64,000 nucleotides of DNA from Antedon mediterranea. Its lineage: Eukaryota; Animalia; Echinodermata. Shown here piece by piece: positions 62,987-64,000 of this stretch (the first letter of the stretch is position 1; the number at the start of each line of letters is the position of its first letter). The stretch lies in assembly GCF_964355755.1 (NCBI RefSeq), contig NC_092673.1, forward strand, positions 7,006,001-7,070,000. Direction: 5' to 3'. The translations under genes were made by a program, and so were the position numbers. The notes below the pieces were generated by a model. The model was given only the letters and a program-made list of their open reading frames with translations. It was not told where the DNA came from and did no database searches.

Positions 62987-64000
62987 GTAAGCAGTCTGGA
63001 TTTTACATTATCTTAATGTTCGAACCTAATTACTCTACTGTAAATCTAAGTCACGCAATGAATTCATTTTACAGGTTCAACAACAATAAAACGAGGCTGT
63101 GTAGCATCAAAAATTGGTAATGCATTTGTTATATGCAAATTAATAGGGTTGTTCAGAAAATTACCACCGCACGAATCATTCAATTCACAGATCATTTGTA
63201 TTCGTTTTTTCATCTGGTATTTTTTCACTCGTGTCTATTTGTCAATGTACACATTCGTTATTAAAGTATTTTACTTGTTTTGTTTTGTATGTAGATATTA
63301 TGTGTTTGTTTGTTTGTACGCACGTAAACGTACACGTCCACAATTTTAAAGTCATCGTCAAGATGTTTGTTGCAAATATGCATATACCAAGGCATCATTC
63401 CCGCTGATTTTCGGGACAATCGATATATTGGTGACGTAACAAAAACTTAATAAATTAGTGTAGTTACCATTATCTAGAGATTTTATAGCCTAAGTCTAGA
63501 TTGCAAACTCCATGTTATCGCAGTACAAAAAGTTATACTTCATTAAAAAGGAACCAACAAGATGGCGGCTGCAATCGACCAATCATATATGCCATACGCA
63601 GTATACAGATAATGAATGTTTATGAGTGTAATGGTACAAATAATGGCATGAGGTGGACGATGAAAGGTTATAAATAAACGAGGCGACAGTTGAGTTGATA
63701 TATAACCTTTCATCATTCACCAAATGCCATTATTTGTACCATTACAAGAATTTAAAACATCCATTATCTGTTTTATTTAACATCTAAATAGATTCCTGTC
63801 ATTTGAATCAAATAAAAGGTAGGCCTAGCCAATGCCTACATTTGAATCACAATTGATTATATTGTATATGGATTTTATAAATGCACCTACTGATAGTGTT
63901 ACTAGGTCTATACCTATCTATGCCTAGGCTGAAAGACAGCTATGAAACGTCGACGGGCTTGTAGAGATGTTCCCATTAATTTAAAAAAAATCCTAAAAAC

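Larger units (their letters stand above)
47482..64000 (+). repeat. Segmental duplication, copy 2, with the same nested transposons (51600-53641, 53682-55533, 53886-54693, 55579-58457)
   Basis: Near-identical to 1-17111. Confidence 0.97.

Overview
AT-rich, intron-containing animal DNA, probably from a marine invertebrate (inferred from the transposon spectrum). The window holds a tandem cluster of three + strand copies of one 8-exon gene, which I reconstructed from GT-AG sites and intron phases. The predicted protein is: signal peptide, one six-bladed YWTD beta-propeller, a 15-aa Cys linker in place of the usual EGF, a huge Pro-free (D-x-T-T)n Thr/Asp stalk, and a C-terminal 6-Cys PAN/Apple-like domain. 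There is no TM helix. Copy A spans 3286-17928 (exon 1 lies upstream of the window), copy B spans 25150-37986 (complete, with a Tyr/Asn-substituted stalk), and copy C runs from 43166 past the window end. Positions 47482-64000 are a near-identical duplicate of 1-17111. In C the stalk exon is partially duplicated together with its branch point and acceptor. Introns and intergenic DNA are full of mobile elements: two Penelope-like elements with minimal hammerhead ribozyme motifs (one a head-to-head double insertion with a 15-bp TSD), a head-to-tail Helitron trimer, a decayed Tx1/L1 LINE, and nested non-autonomous DNA transposons and MITEs. All calls are by eye; no database search was run.
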